DNA of 64,000 nt from the NCBI GenBank assembly GCA_963836235.1, contig CAWIIP010000004.1, forward strand, positions 448,001 to 512,000, written 5' to 3'. The notes under the pieces are model-generated. The model saw nothing but the letters and a program-made list of their open reading frames with translations, was not told the origin of the DNA and made no database searches. How positions within the stretch are numbered: position 1 is the first letter of the stretch; each line of letters opens with the position of its first letter. Origin of the DNA: an uncultured Pseudomonadota bacterium. Its GTDB lineage: Bacteria; Oederibacteriota; Muellerivitia; Muellerivitales; Muellerivitaceae. This document shows positions 46,986 through 56,962 of the stretch, piece by piece. A program made the translations under genes and the position numbers.

Positions 46986-47987
46986 ATGAGCGAAATCAGG
47001 AGAAAACCAGTGGATTCACCCAAAAATATCATAAAGAAATTGTCCGATAAATTGGGTTATGAGATTTCACGAAGACCCAAGAATTATTATAAATCAACAA
47101 TAAACCCATCCGATAAATCCGACCTAAAAAAGAATGATAATATCAATATCATTCAAATAGAAACTATTAGTACCTGCAACGCGACTTGTTCTTATTGTCC
47201 GCGCGGTGTATTTCCGAAATTAATGAATAAGAGGTTTTTAACGTATGAAATATTAAACCGCGCTTTGGAATTGGCTAAACAAGGTAACGCAAAAGTTATG
47301 GTGCTTCACCATGCCGGCGAACCTTTTTTGCATCCTGAATTAGCGGGGATGGTAAAGGTTGTCCGAGAAGCGGGTTTTTTCGCGCATTTATCCTCTAACT
47401 TAATTAGCTTTAACCCGGTGAAAATAGCCGATGTCTTAAAGGCGGGTTTAAACGAGTTTGTAATCCACTTAAGCGCGGGGCTTACAAAGATTGATCTGGA
47501 GGAAATGCTCAAGAGAATACACGAGGTGAGACGGTTAAATTGGGAGCTTAGGAACAATGGTTGTAAAATTGTCGTTACTTTCGTGATGAATGAGGACAGC
47601 CCAGCGGCGAACTATTCGGAGTTCTTAAAAAGCAACTATTTTGATGACTCTTTGCCTATTAACTACATACAAGCCCATGATTGGCCGGAACTCATTTCAC
47701 TTAAGAATAAGGGAATCGATCCCAAGAAATGTAATTGGTATAAAACGCGTTCCGCTTCTATTTTGGCGAACGGAGATTTAGTTATTTGCTGTCTCGATCA
47801 GTTCGGGGCCTCGAAAAAAGTCAATATTATGGATATAGACAAACTTTCTTGGGAATATTTAAGTAATCGGAATTTATGCAAAGGTTGTACGCAATATAAA
47901 TCGATGGATAATTGGATCGAGAATGAATGTTTATCAGTTCCTGATTGGCTATCCGCCCGACAAAAGTACGATTCTTGGAAAATGTAG
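46986..47987 (+). CDS. Radical SAM / SPASM(twitch) protein
   Basis: IETISTCNATCSYCPR (CxxxCxxC), GEPFLHP, C...ANGDLVICCLD...CKGC. Confidence 0.85.
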   Translation: MSEIRRKPVDSPKNIIKKLSDKLGYEISRRPKNYYKSTINPSDKSDLKKNDNINIIQIETISTCNATCSYCPRGVFPKLMNKRFLTYEILNRALELAKQGNAKVMVLHHAGEPFLHPELAGMVKVVREAGFFAHLSSNLISFNPVKIADVLKAGLNEFVIHLSAGLTKIDLEEMLKRIHEVRRLNWELRNNGCKIVVTFVMNEDSPAANYSEFLKSNYFDDSLPINYIQAHDWPELISLKNKGIDPKKCNWYKTRSASILANGDLVICCLDQFGASKKVNIMDIDKLSWEYLSNRNLCKGCTQYKSMDNWIENECLSVPDWLSARQKYDSWKM

Positions 47988-48067
47988 CCACTGTAAAAAT
48001 ATTGACCGGCCTCCGTTATGCTTTTCTCATCTCACACCATAAGATTTAATCAATCCGGCCCCTGCCA

Positions 48068-49600
48068 CTATCCTTCATAATTTTGTCTCCGGAAGTATGA
48101 AAAACATTTATTCTTGATTTTCGCCGCCTCGGTTCTGCCTTCCTTTGTGGCTAGTCCCGAAACGATGAGGGTTATTCCGGACCAAGCCGCCAATCTTACA
48201 ATGACCCCCAGTTTCGAATCGCAATGGATGGGAAAGAAACCCATTAGAATGCCCATGGCACCTAAAGCCGACGCAACCGGCAATAGGTCATGAAGCATCC
48301 AGGTTTTGTGGAGGCCCGGCAAAAAATGATGATGAACCAGGGGTACCCAAGCTAATAAATATAGGAGGTTGACCAACATCCAAGCAAAGGAGGCCCCCCG
48401 CATGCCGTATTGGGATACCGCCCAAGTCATGGCGGGAACCAGGACCAAGAGGAAAAAAAAGGATCCCCGCATGAGAAAGCGTAGATCCCCGCGGGCCACT
48501 TGCAAGACATATTGCATGTCCGAAATCGCCAAGAAAGCGTAACCCAACCCGGAGAACGCCAGTACCGGGGCCGCCGAGACTGAAAGGTCCATGTCGCCCG
48601 TCCAGACCCAAAGGATACTCTGGGGATATGCCGCCAAAATCACCGCGGCCGAACCCGCGAGGACGGCGACCATCCGCGTGGTTTTTCCGTAAAGGAACAA
48701 AAAACCCGAATCGTCCTTTTTCGACGCTAAAAGAGTCAAGCGGGGAATAACCGCCTGGGTGATCGCCCCCATCATCATATGAACCCCGGAGGCCGCCAAT
48801 GCCGCCACGGAGTAGTAGGCGTATTTCGACAGGGGCAACAGCCGGGTTAATATCAGCTTGTCCGTTTGGGACGTGGCCAACCAAATCAAGGATAAAGCGG
48901 ATGAGCTTAAGGCGAAACCCCGGAGATCCAAAATGGGCGCCAGGGACCAAGACCGTTTTTCTCCCTGGGGCCAGCCCGGAAGAAGCCGATGAGTGACCGA
49001 TCTCAAAAAAAGCAATTCAATGGCCGCCATGAGCGCCTGGAACAGGAAAAAGTTCCTTGGCGTGGCCCCAATAAACATGAAAACCGGGAGAACGCCAATG
49101 AAACGCAAGGTTGCCATGATGACATTGATGATATTCAGCCAAACCTGTCTCTCGAAACCCGCCAGGATGCTTCGGTAAATTTCAGCGGGCCAGCGCAACG
49201 CGAAAACAAGGCCCATGAGTACGATCGCGGTTCTTACCTCCTCCCATGAGAGGGCCTCAATCTTCAGCCAATGGCTCGTGATGAACCCTGATAAAGCGGC
49301 CACGGCAAGAACGACGGCCAAACCGGTTCCGGAAAACAAGAGAAGAATCAGCCTTAAAAGCGACCGGAATTCGCCGGGCTTCACGGCCCCCCCACGGTAA
49401 CGGGCGGCCACCCAGGCGAAGGCTGGCGTCAAACCTAAATCCAGCAAGGCCAACCAACCGCTCAGTACGGCATAAAAACCGACAAGGCCATAGGCTTCCT
49501 TGCCCAAGTAACGTAAAAAAACCGGTACCATGACCATACCGATGATGGCCGTATAAACTTTGCCAATATAGTTCGCCACCACATTATGTTTGAGAGACAT
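48068..49600 (-). CDS. wzx: Oligosaccharide flippase, third
   Basis: NVVANYIG, LGKEAYGLVGF, LLDLGL.P, TDKLIL..LLPL..Y.YY. Confidence 0.85.
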   Translation of the reverse strand: MSLKHNVVANYIGKVYTAIIGMVMVPVFLRYLGKEAYGLVGFYAVLSGWLALLDLGLTPAFAWVAARYRGGAVKPGEFRSLLRLILLLFSGTGLAVVLAVAALSGFITSHWLKIEALSWEEVRTAIVLMGLVFALRWPAEIYRSILAGFERQVWLNIINVIMATLRFIGVLPVFMFIGATPRNFFLFQALMAAIELLFLRSVTHRLLPGWPQGEKRSWSLAPILDLRGFALSSSALSLIWLATSQTDKLILTRLLPLSKYAYYSVAALAASGVHMMMGAITQAVIPRLTLLASKKDDSGFLFLYGKTTRMVAVLAGSAAVILAAYPQSILWVWTGDMDLSVSAAPVLAFSGLGYAFLAISDMQYVLQVARGDLRFLMRGSFFFLLVLVPAMTWAVSQYGMRGASFAWMLVNLLYLLAWVPLVHHHFLPGLHKTWMLHDLLPVASALGAMGILMGFFPIHCDSKLGVIVRLAAWSGITLIVSGLATKEGRTEAAKIKNKCFSYFRRQNYEG

Positions 49601-49662
49601 ATGATCCTATTCGGAGCCGGTTCAATAGCAGTGGCACATTGAAAGAATAGAAGAGTTCATTT

Positions 49663-51288
49663 CTATTTTTCGCAGAAATAAATTTCACCCGTTTCAGGGG
49701 TTAATAAGCCCATTCTAACGGCGTCATCTCTCCCGATAAAATCATCCACTTTGGTGACGGTTACTTTAAAATCCGCTTCACGAAGCCTTTCTGCGTAATC
49801 GGGGCCATAAACCCGGACCGAATCGGCCTCGCTATAGGCTTTAAGCCGGTCTGCGGGTTTCTGGAGAAGGGGATCTTCATGGGTCTTTTTCGCGTAAACC
49901 GGCGCCAATAAGATGGCCCAGCCATCCTTTTTGAGGACCCGGTAAAATTCCCTTAGGGCCATCCGATCATCCTTCACTTCCTGCAATACGTGGTTGCAAA
50001 AGATCACGTCGAAAGTTTGATCAGGGTATTGGATGTCCGTGACATCCATTTTGACCCTGACGTTGGGATTATGTAAATCGGCGGTTACGTAATCCTCTTC
50101 GAAAGTTATCGAGAGAGAGGGTTCAAAGCAGCTTTCCGGCGCTATGTGCAGTATCTTCTTGGGTTTTCCATCCCAAAGATTGGTCTTTTGGTTGAGGTAT
50201 AACCACAAAAGGCGATGACGGCCATGGGAAAAACAAAAAGCACATTCCACAGCCTCAAAGGGGACGAAACCGTCGGTGTAAGCTCGAAAACAGCGGGACG
50301 TTTTTCCACAGACCGGGCAGAATCTTTGATTTCCAGAATAATAAGCCTGATTCCATAGGTTTTGAATTCTTCTGATGGATTTTTTTATAAATCTTGGCAA
50401 AAGTTTCGAAATTTTCCTTCTCGTTTTAAACGAGAAGGTTTTTAAGTCCGCCGAGAAAGAGGATGGTGTCCCCACTTCCTCAAAACCCGAGGTGGGGCAC
50501 GAAGAAATAGAAATCAATTGAATAGCCCGCATTTCGATCCACCCCCGGACCTCGGGATCCGTCACCAGCGACTGATCAATCACCCGGTAAGTACGGGCCC
50601 AATGGAAATCCCGATGGGAAGGACCGCACATTTTATCGAGGGCGTGGTCATCCATCGCGCAGTGGCATTGCCACAAGTGGTGACCCGGGCCCAGGGAGTC
50701 GATCCAGGACTTTAGCTTTTTCTTTACGACTTCCCGGTCCAGTGATACCCCGCTGGACTCGAAAGCTGAAACCCAATCTGTCCGGGGAATGTGATGTTTC
50801 TTAGCATATTCCCTGTTTCGGGAAGGGGTCTTTTTTCGCCTGAGAAACTGGGCGAGAAGGCCGGCCAGTTTTCCCCAGCGGTCCATATGCATGTGCTCGC
50901 AGGCATGGGTAATGCTCAAGCCTTCGGCTTCAATGCGGTTCCATTGGGCCTCAAGCTCCGTCTCGGCCTCACGCATGTCAGCCTTTTTCCAGGCTTCCTT
51001 GACGGTAAAGGGGAAGGTTCCATCCGGTAGTGTCATGGACTTCAAAGGGGTCAAGGGTTTCCAGCGCAGGACATCCCATTCGGCAGTGAAGGTCACGTGG
51101 ATTCCAACGGGGATTTTATGAGTTTTGGCCAACTGAACCGCAGCCGGAAACGCAGGCGCGGGGGCCATGAGGTTGGTATCAGTCAGGAGGCCTTTCGTAA
51201 AGGCTTGGACAATGCCCTCGTTGACCGCGTCGCACATTCCAAAATCGTCGCTCATGACCGACAAGTAAATCTTAGTGTCCTCCGGCAT
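49663..51288 (-). CDS. Fusion: ChbG/YdjC-family carbohydrate deacetylase + SAM-dependent methyltransferase
   Basis: N-terminal SDDFGM...VNEGI, VGIHVTF, THACEHMH; C-terminal CPVCG..CAFC..RHRLLWLYL, ILHIAPE, FDVIFCNHVL, RVLKKDGWAIL. Confidence 0.8.
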   Translation of the reverse strand: MPEDTKIYLSVMSDDFGMCDAVNEGIVQAFTKGLLTDTNLMAPAPAFPAAVQLAKTHKIPVGIHVTFTAEWDVLRWKPLTPLKSMTLPDGTFPFTVKEAWKKADMREAETELEAQWNRIEAEGLSITHACEHMHMDRWGKLAGLLAQFLRRKKTPSRNREYAKKHHIPRTDWVSAFESSGVSLDREVVKKKLKSWIDSLGPGHHLWQCHCAMDDHALDKMCGPSHRDFHWARTYRVIDQSLVTDPEVRGWIEMRAIQLISISSCPTSGFEEVGTPSSFSADLKTFSFKTRRKISKLLPRFIKKSIRRIQNLWNQAYYSGNQRFCPVCGKTSRCFRAYTDGFVPFEAVECAFCFSHGRHRLLWLYLNQKTNLWDGKPKKILHIAPESCFEPSLSITFEEDYVTADLHNPNVRVKMDVTDIQYPDQTFDVIFCNHVLQEVKDDRMALREFYRVLKKDGWAILLAPVYAKKTHEDPLLQKPADRLKAYSEADSVRVYGPDYAERLREADFKVTVTKVDDFIGRDDAVRMGLLTPETGEIYFCEK

Positions 51289-51414
51289 ATATTCTCCCTA
51301 ATTTCAGTTTCCGCCAGGGTCTGGACCCTTCATCATCTCATCACCCGCTGAATTCACGCCATGAATTTTATCGGGTTCTAAAAGCGTTTTATGATTTTCG
51401 AGAATATCGCCTAT

Positions 51415-52419
51415 TCAAGAGGGGATAAGGCGCCTGAACCTTTTGCGTTTTGGACGATAAGTGATGTAAGTGCTGCTAACGAATACCAGCAGGGAATGAA
51501 TAATTTTTTTGAAAACTAGTAATAAACCATCGCTGAGATTAAAAACCTGGTTGTTTTGGGCAATTCCATAACCACTATTATGCCGATGTAATTCGTCTAA
51601 ATAGGGAACGAAGATCCATTTTTTCAGTAATTCATTCAATCTCACTCCCCAGGCGCCCAAGCTTGTGTCATAGAGGCCGGGCTTCAGTTCGCGAAAACCG
51701 TGAAAGTGAAAAAAAATGAGGGGCTGGTTGTTCACCATTAAATTTTTATTTTCGACGGATAAAGCACGGCCGCCAAGGTTCCAAGGTCCCAGGTTCGCGC
51801 CGGGATGGCCGATGATCCGCACTCCCTTGAAGCGGTCAGGCCATTCATCCAAATACTTTTGGTCGGCGTAACGCGGCCCATCGATGTAGGTGTGGCACCA
51901 TTCGATACAACGCTCCTTCCACCATTTCAGGCAAGCCAAACCGTTTTTGTCCCGGCGGAAAGTCACCCAACCCACGTTGTAAATTCCGTTCTTTTTTCGA
52001 TATTGGAATCGCGGGGCGAAATCATGGGGGATGATGCCAACGGAGGCTTTAGATATTTCCTTGAAGATCGGCGCGGGATTCGAGAAGAAATACAAGTCGG
52101 CGTCCAGGTAAGTCAAAAGGTCAATATTTTTATTGAGCTTGAATACCATTTCCAGCAAAGCCGGACCGCAAGTAAAATAATATTCTACCCTTGTCCTTCC
52201 CGATTGAACTTCCTTTAATCTTGGCTCAAATTTCTCTACTTGTTTGGGTGTTACAATTATGACGCCGTCCAACTTGGAGCTTTTCAAGGCCGTGACCGTT
52301 TCCTCGTCCCAACAAAGGACATAAAGACGGAAGGGTCCGGCATGTGTCTTGAGAGAAGCGTATAATGACAAAGCTCTGGCCAAATAGTTCCGGTCGAAAT
52401 AGGAACAAAAATATCTCAA
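51415..52419 (-). CDS. Putative GT-A-fold glycosyltransferase
   Basis: FCSYFDRNYL.RAL.LY.SL, TYLDADLYFF, G.YNVGW, DQKYLDEWP, FFHFHG. Confidence 0.7.
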   Translation of the reverse strand: MRYFCSYFDRNYLARALSLYASLKTHAGPFRLYVLCWDEETVTALKSSKLDGVIIVTPKQVEKFEPRLKEVQSGRTRVEYYFTCGPALLEMVFKLNKNIDLLTYLDADLYFFSNPAPIFKEISKASVGIIPHDFAPRFQYRKKNGIYNVGWVTFRRDKNGLACLKWWKERCIEWCHTYIDGPRYADQKYLDEWPDRFKGVRIIGHPGANLGPWNLGGRALSVENKNLMVNNQPLIFFHFHGFRELKPGLYDTSLGAWGVRLNELLKKWIFVPYLDELHRHNSGYGIAQNNQVFNLSDGLLLVFKKIIHSLLVFVSSTYITYRPKRKRFRRLIPS

Positions 52420-52429
52420 TGGGGTTCAC

Positions 52430-53290
52430 TCATTCGAGCCTGCCTGATCTTTCTTTTTTTGTTGAGAAGAGAAACGCTCGGAATTGGCTTGGCTCGGTTG
52501 CTTTATGGATATAGGGGCCATCCCCCAAAATATATTCTTGAACCAATTCAAGTCCATTGATTTTTGCTTTGTTCAGAAATTCGTGACGGTTCAAAATCCA
52601 ACAACGATATTCGGTTAAATAACCGTATTTGGCGGGCCTTTGAAGCGCCACGAAACCGGGGCCTTTTTCGATTATCAATTGCCGAGCAACCATTAAATAA
52701 GGGGAAGCGCAAGAGGCCAATTGGCCCAATAAATTCGTCCAGTTATCGTCATACCAAAGAGAACTTCCCGCGAAAATGAAATCGTATTTTTTTAATAATG
52801 TTTTTTCTTTGTTGGAAAAATAACTGCCTTTTGGGTTCAACTGATTTCCGGCCTCGCAAAATGCCGGTAAATCAAAACAAGTGTAATCTTGGGTCAATTT
52901 CGGAAAAAGTGCTTTGGCATAAAGATAATACTGGCCCAAACCGCCACCATAATCCAACCAAGATACCCGCGACCGGCCCGACGAGGCCAAAGCCAAAGCG
53001 TGACCGAAGCATAGAATCTGGTGTTGAAAAAAAACATCATCTCCCCATCCGCTTTGGGGTGCCTCATGATTGATGGACAATGCGACTGGATCTGATTCAA
53101 GGGCATGTTTGAGGGCGGGCCATTTTCTCTTTTGCGTGCTGACAATACTTTCGTGAGACCAAGCTATATCCTGGGAACCAAGCGACGTTAACTTGGGTAA
53201 AGCCAGCCATTCCGCTTGTCCCATGATTCCTTTTAAAAAACCATAGGTATTTCGTAAGAGCTTTATTTTTTTGTTCACGGACCGTTCCAA
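52430..53290 (-). CDS. Putative methyltransferase
   Basis: WLDYGGGLGQYY, YDFIFAGSSL.Y, Y.CWILN. Confidence 0.72.
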   Translation of the reverse strand: MERSVNKKIKLLRNTYGFLKGIMGQAEWLALPKLTSLGSQDIAWSHESIVSTQKRKWPALKHALESDPVALSINHEAPQSGWGDDVFFQHQILCFGHALALASSGRSRVSWLDYGGGLGQYYLYAKALFPKLTQDYTCFDLPAFCEAGNQLNPKGSYFSNKEKTLLKKYDFIFAGSSLWYDDNWTNLLGQLASCASPYLMVARQLIIEKGPGFVALQRPAKYGYLTEYRCWILNRHEFLNKAKINGLELVQEYILGDGPYIHKATEPSQFRAFLFSTKKERSGRLE

Positions 53291-53379
53291 CCATTATTTG
53301 GGTTAATCTTAAATACCCTGAATTTGTCGTCATACTTACAAAATATGCCTCGGGTATTTATATGTCCTTCGCGCCTTCT

Positions 53380-54591
53380 TTAGCTCATTAAATTTATTTC
53401 ATCATTGCTGGACTTCCGAAAGACCAAAATCAAAGAACAAACCGTTGTTAACCAAAAGAGGGCTGGTAAAACACAGTTATAAATATTTAAAAAAAATAAA
53501 AAATACTTCGAATGGAGGACTGAAATTAAGTAATTTATCATTCCTTCGTGGTCAAGATACCACGTTAATAAAACGATTAGAAAAACCAAAGTTTTAAATC
53601 GTAAATCCAATACTGGAAATTTAAAATAAAGCAAAATCGGGAAGATTAAAATTATGTAATCGTAGCGTCCGTGATAAACAACGGCCAAAGAAATAAAACT
53701 GAGCATATTCAAAATAAACAAATCATCGATATTTGGTTTAAGCCAACATACATAAATAGCGGCCATAAGCAAAAATAAGGATAATAAAACAGGGTAAATC
53801 ATCGGAATGCTTGGGACAATTTTTCTAAAAACGTCAACAAAATCCAAATACCCAACCCCTATACAAAGTGTGTCTACTTTTAAAGTTTCCGTGATAAGAG
53901 TGATGGGATTTATTTTTATCCAAAAAGAAATAAATATGTGCAAGCCCAAATGAATAAAGGACGCGATAAGTAACGGAAGATATTTTCTTTTGTAGAGGAA
54001 ATAAAGAGAAAGCGGAATCGTGAGTGGATACTTTAAAAAAGAAAGCGCCAGAAAGAGGCCGGAAAGAAGGGGCCTTTTGTTTACGTACCTTAACGCAAAT
54101 GAGAAAAAGCAAAGGGCAAAAAGTGTTTGTTCTCCCGTATAAATTAAATATCTCCATTGAAATCCAAGCAATAACAAAGAAATGATTAATAAATACGTTT
54201 GGTAAGGTCGATTGGGTAAAAAAAGGTTAAAAATATTGTAAAGAAATAAAAACGTAAATAAGATATTGGAAATGATCCATAAATATTCAGCCAGTGGCCA
54301 CTGAATCAACGCATAGGGCCATAAAAGCATTAAACAAGAAGGGAAGTAAGGGGATCCGGCAAAAGTTTTGAATTTCTCTGTTTCCGGGATTGTATGTGAT
54401 AAAGTCATTTTGTAGGGATCCAGACCATTCAACAAAATTTTTGCCGAATCCCATTGAAAAGTAAGGCATCCATCATAAACAATCGTTTGATGTATCGCGT
54501 GAATCACTGATGCGGTAGAGAGAATTAATAAAACAGAAGAAGTGATCTTATTATTAAAATTAAATTTTTCTAATTTTGAAAAAAGCACCAA
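53380..54591 (-). CDS. GT87/DUF2029-like membrane glycosyltransferase, copy 2
   Basis: FQWDSAKILL.G.DPY, PYFPSC.MLLWPYA, GEQT, LALSFLKY, H..YDY. Start set to TTG 54591 with GGAGG 6 nt upstream; the longer ORF call runs into the IS end. Confidence 0.72.
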   Translation of the reverse strand: MVLFSKLEKFNFNNKITSSVLLILSTASVIHAIHQTIVYDGCLTFQWDSAKILLNGLDPYKMTLSHTIPETEKFKTFAGSPYFPSCLMLLWPYALIQWPLAEYLWIISNILFTFLFLYNIFNLFLPNRPYQTYLLIISLLLLGFQWRYLIYTGEQTLFALCFFSFALRYVNKRPLLSGLFLALSFLKYPLTIPLSLYFLYKRKYLPLLIASFIHLGLHIFISFWIKINPITLITETLKVDTLCIGVGYLDFVDVFRKIVPSIPMIYPVLLSLFLLMAAIYVCWLKPNIDDLFILNMLSFISLAVVYHGRYDYIILIFPILLYFKFPVLDLRFKTLVFLIVLLTWYLDHEGMINYLISVLHSKYFLFFLNIYNCVLPALFWLTTVCSLILVFRKSSNDEINLMS

Positions 54592-54602
54592 AATATTCCT
54601 CC

Positions 54603-55655
54603 CCGAGTTCCATAAGTAAGTGCAACACTTAGTGCCTGAAGAAGGCCGCATCAATAGGATATGCGGCCATGAAAAAGAACTACAAGCATTTAAGTGTTGA
54701 GGAAAGAGATCATTTATCCGTCTTGAAGGGAAAGGGCCTCAGCCTTCGGGCCATTTCCCGTGCCTTGAAGAGGTCTCCTTCCACCCTCTCCAGGGAACTC
54801 AAGCGCAACGCTCCCCCCATCCGTTCGGGTTACTATCTGTCCCATCGGGCCCATCAACGGTATGTGACCCGCAACCAACAACGGGCTTGTCGTTTACGCC
54901 TGAAAACAAAACGAATTCGTGCCTACGTCCGTCGCCAATTGAAACGAGGCTGGTCTCCCGAACTCATTTCAGGCCGTTTAGGCCACCTGCGGCCTAAGCA
55001 AACCATTGGCCCCGAAGCCATCTACCAGTGGATTTACGCTGAGGCCACTGATCTGATTCCTTGCCTCGTCCGTCACCACCGGCGGCGGCTCACCTTCGGT
55101 CACAGCCACAGGCACGCCAAAAACCATATCCCAGGCCGAGTTTCCATCGACAAAAGGCCCAAGGTCGTCAACCAACGCAAGCAGTTCGGCCACTGGGAAA
55201 CGGACACGATGGTTTCTCGTCAAAGTAAAGTTGCTCTCCGGGCACTTGTCGAGCGTCAAAGCCGTTTTTCCAAATTGGGAAAGCTGAAACGAAAAACCGC
55301 TTCCCACATGAGTCACAGCCTCAACCGCTCTTTATGCCGCTTTCCTCAAGAGGCTCGTTTGAGCCTGACCTACGACAACGGAACCGAAAACACCAACCAC
55401 CTGGAAACCAACCATGTGCTTGGTACAAAATCCTTTTTCTGCGTTCCTTTCCACAGTTGGGAAAAAGGCACAGTGGAAAATACTATCGGTCTTGTCCGCC
55501 GCCATTTGCCTAAAAAGACCGACCTTGCTAAAGTGTCTCTCAAAGAGCTCAAAGCCATTGAAAGATGGCTTAATAACAGGCCCAAAAAATGTTTGGGCTT
55601 TCAAACTCCGGCGGAAGTCTTCCGGCGAAGTGTTGCACTTACTCCGTGAATTCGG
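54603..55655 (+). mobile_element. IS30-family insertion sequence A
   Basis: 28-bp imperfect terminal IRs (54603-54630 / 55628-55655; core AGTAAGTGCAACACTT); CCTC on both flanks is a candidate target duplication. Confidence 0.88.
54669..55649 (+). CDS. IS30-family transposase
   Basis: YKHLS.EER, STLSRELKRN, WSPE.I, GHWETDT, TYDNG.E, SWEKGTVEN.IG, LNNRPKKCLGFQTP; stop lies in the right IR. Confidence 0.95.
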   Translation: MKKNYKHLSVEERDHLSVLKGKGLSLRAISRALKRSPSTLSRELKRNAPPIRSGYYLSHRAHQRYVTRNQQRACRLRLKTKRIRAYVRRQLKRGWSPELISGRLGHLRPKQTIGPEAIYQWIYAEATDLIPCLVRHHRRRLTFGHSHRHAKNHIPGRVSIDKRPKVVNQRKQFGHWETDTMVSRQSKVALRALVERQSRFSKLGKLKRKTASHMSHSLNRSLCRFPQEARLSLTYDNGTENTNHLETNHVLGTKSFFCVPFHSWEKGTVENTIGLVRRHLPKKTDLAKVSLKELKAIERWLNNRPKKCLGFQTPAEVFRRSVALTP

Positions 55656-55697
55656 CCTCTGTATTATTAGGTTTTGATCCAAACAAAAATTTCATTC

Positions 55698-56747
55698 CCC
55701 AGTTCAATAGCGAAGTGCAACACTTAGCCCCGGCAGAATCCGGGGGTTATCCTAAGTTTTATGAAACAATCCTACAAGCACCTGTCGTTGGCCGAACGTG
55801 AAGAAATCGCAGTTTGGAAGGCAGAAGGCCTCTCCATACGAGAAATCGCCCGACGCCTCGAACGTGATGTGTCCAGTGTTTCCCGAGAGTTGAAGCGTAA
55901 CGCACCACCTTTACGTCCTGGCCGTTATCTACCAGCTCGGGCTCACCTGCGATCTACCCAGCGTAACCAACTCTCTCGGACCCATCTGCGTCTCAAAAAA
56001 CCAGGGATCCGACAACATGTTTTGCGTAAGCTTCATCAGGGGTTTTCTCCCGAACAAATTGCTGGTCAGCTTCGCCTTGAGAACTCCAAACTATTCATTT
56101 CCCACGAGGCCGTCTACCAGTTCATTTATTCCGAAGCCCGAAACCTCATCCCTCTCTTGGCTCGTTCCCATCGAAAGCGGCTTCGCCGATGGCATTCGCA
56201 CAAACATCGAAAAAGCCATATTCCAGAACGAACTCCGATCACTCAACGACCCGCCATCGTGCAGACGCGGCGTCAATTTGGTCACTGGGAAGCGGACACC
56301 ATCATCTCCAGAAAAAGTAAAGCCTCCCTTTTGGTGATGGTCGAACGAAAAAGCCGCCTCGTGAAACTCGCCTGGTTGCCTCAAAAGTCCGCTTCGAAAA
56401 CACGAGCAGCTATCAATCGACGGCTCACCCTCTTTCCGAAGGGGTTACGCCGGACCATTACTTACGACAACGGCTCTGAAAACATCGAGCATCTTCAAGT
56501 TAACAATCTCTTAGGAACCCGTTCCTTTTTCTGTCTTCCTTTCCACAGTTGGGAAAAGGGAACCGTCGAAAACACTAATGGTTTGGTGCGGCGCTTCTAT
56601 CCAAAGAAAACCGATTTTGCTACCATAACTCCAGCGAACGTGCGACGTGTGGAGCGGGCTCTCAACAGCCGTCCACGCAAGTGCCTTCGCTTCAAAACGC
56701 CGGAGCAGGTCTTTCGTCTAGGTGTTGCACTTACTGGTTGAATTCAG
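55698..56747 (+). mobile_element. IS30-family insertion sequence B
   Basis: Imperfect IRs (55698-55725 / 56720-56747; core AAGTGCAACAC); CATTC on both flanks (55693-55697, 56748-56752). Confidence 0.88.
55761..56741 (+). CDS. IS30-family transposase
   Basis: YKHLS..ER, SVSRELKRN, FSPEQI, GHWEADT, TYDNG.E, SWEKGTVENTNG, LNSRPRKCL. Confidence 0.95.
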   Translation: MKQSYKHLSLAEREEIAVWKAEGLSIREIARRLERDVSSVSRELKRNAPPLRPGRYLPARAHLRSTQRNQLSRTHLRLKKPGIRQHVLRKLHQGFSPEQIAGQLRLENSKLFISHEAVYQFIYSEARNLIPLLARSHRKRLRRWHSHKHRKSHIPERTPITQRPAIVQTRRQFGHWEADTIISRKSKASLLVMVERKSRLVKLAWLPQKSASKTRAAINRRLTLFPKGLRRTITYDNGSENIEHLQVNNLLGTRSFFCLPFHSWEKGTVENTNGLVRRFYPKKTDFATITPANVRRVERALNSRPRKCLRFKTPEQVFRLGVALTG

Positions 56748-56962
56748 CATTCCTTTTTCGTGGCCCAATATCAAGCGCTATAGGCGTGGAAAATTAGGCC
56801 TAAATAAATGAATTCTGTTTCAAGTGTTGTGGAAGGTTCATTCAAATAATTCCCAAGATAAGGTACTATAAGTTTTTGCTTAAGGCTTAAAGACAAAAAG
56901 GTTCAAAAACAGAGGTTGGATTTGAGACACAGTGCAATGATACCAAATTATGGATTTTATCC

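Noticed and set aside
54592-54654. N-terminal extension of the GT87 ORF (MMRPSSGTKCCTY...)
   Set aside because: Derived from read-through into the IS30 left end; TTG 54591 has a good Shine-Dalgarno
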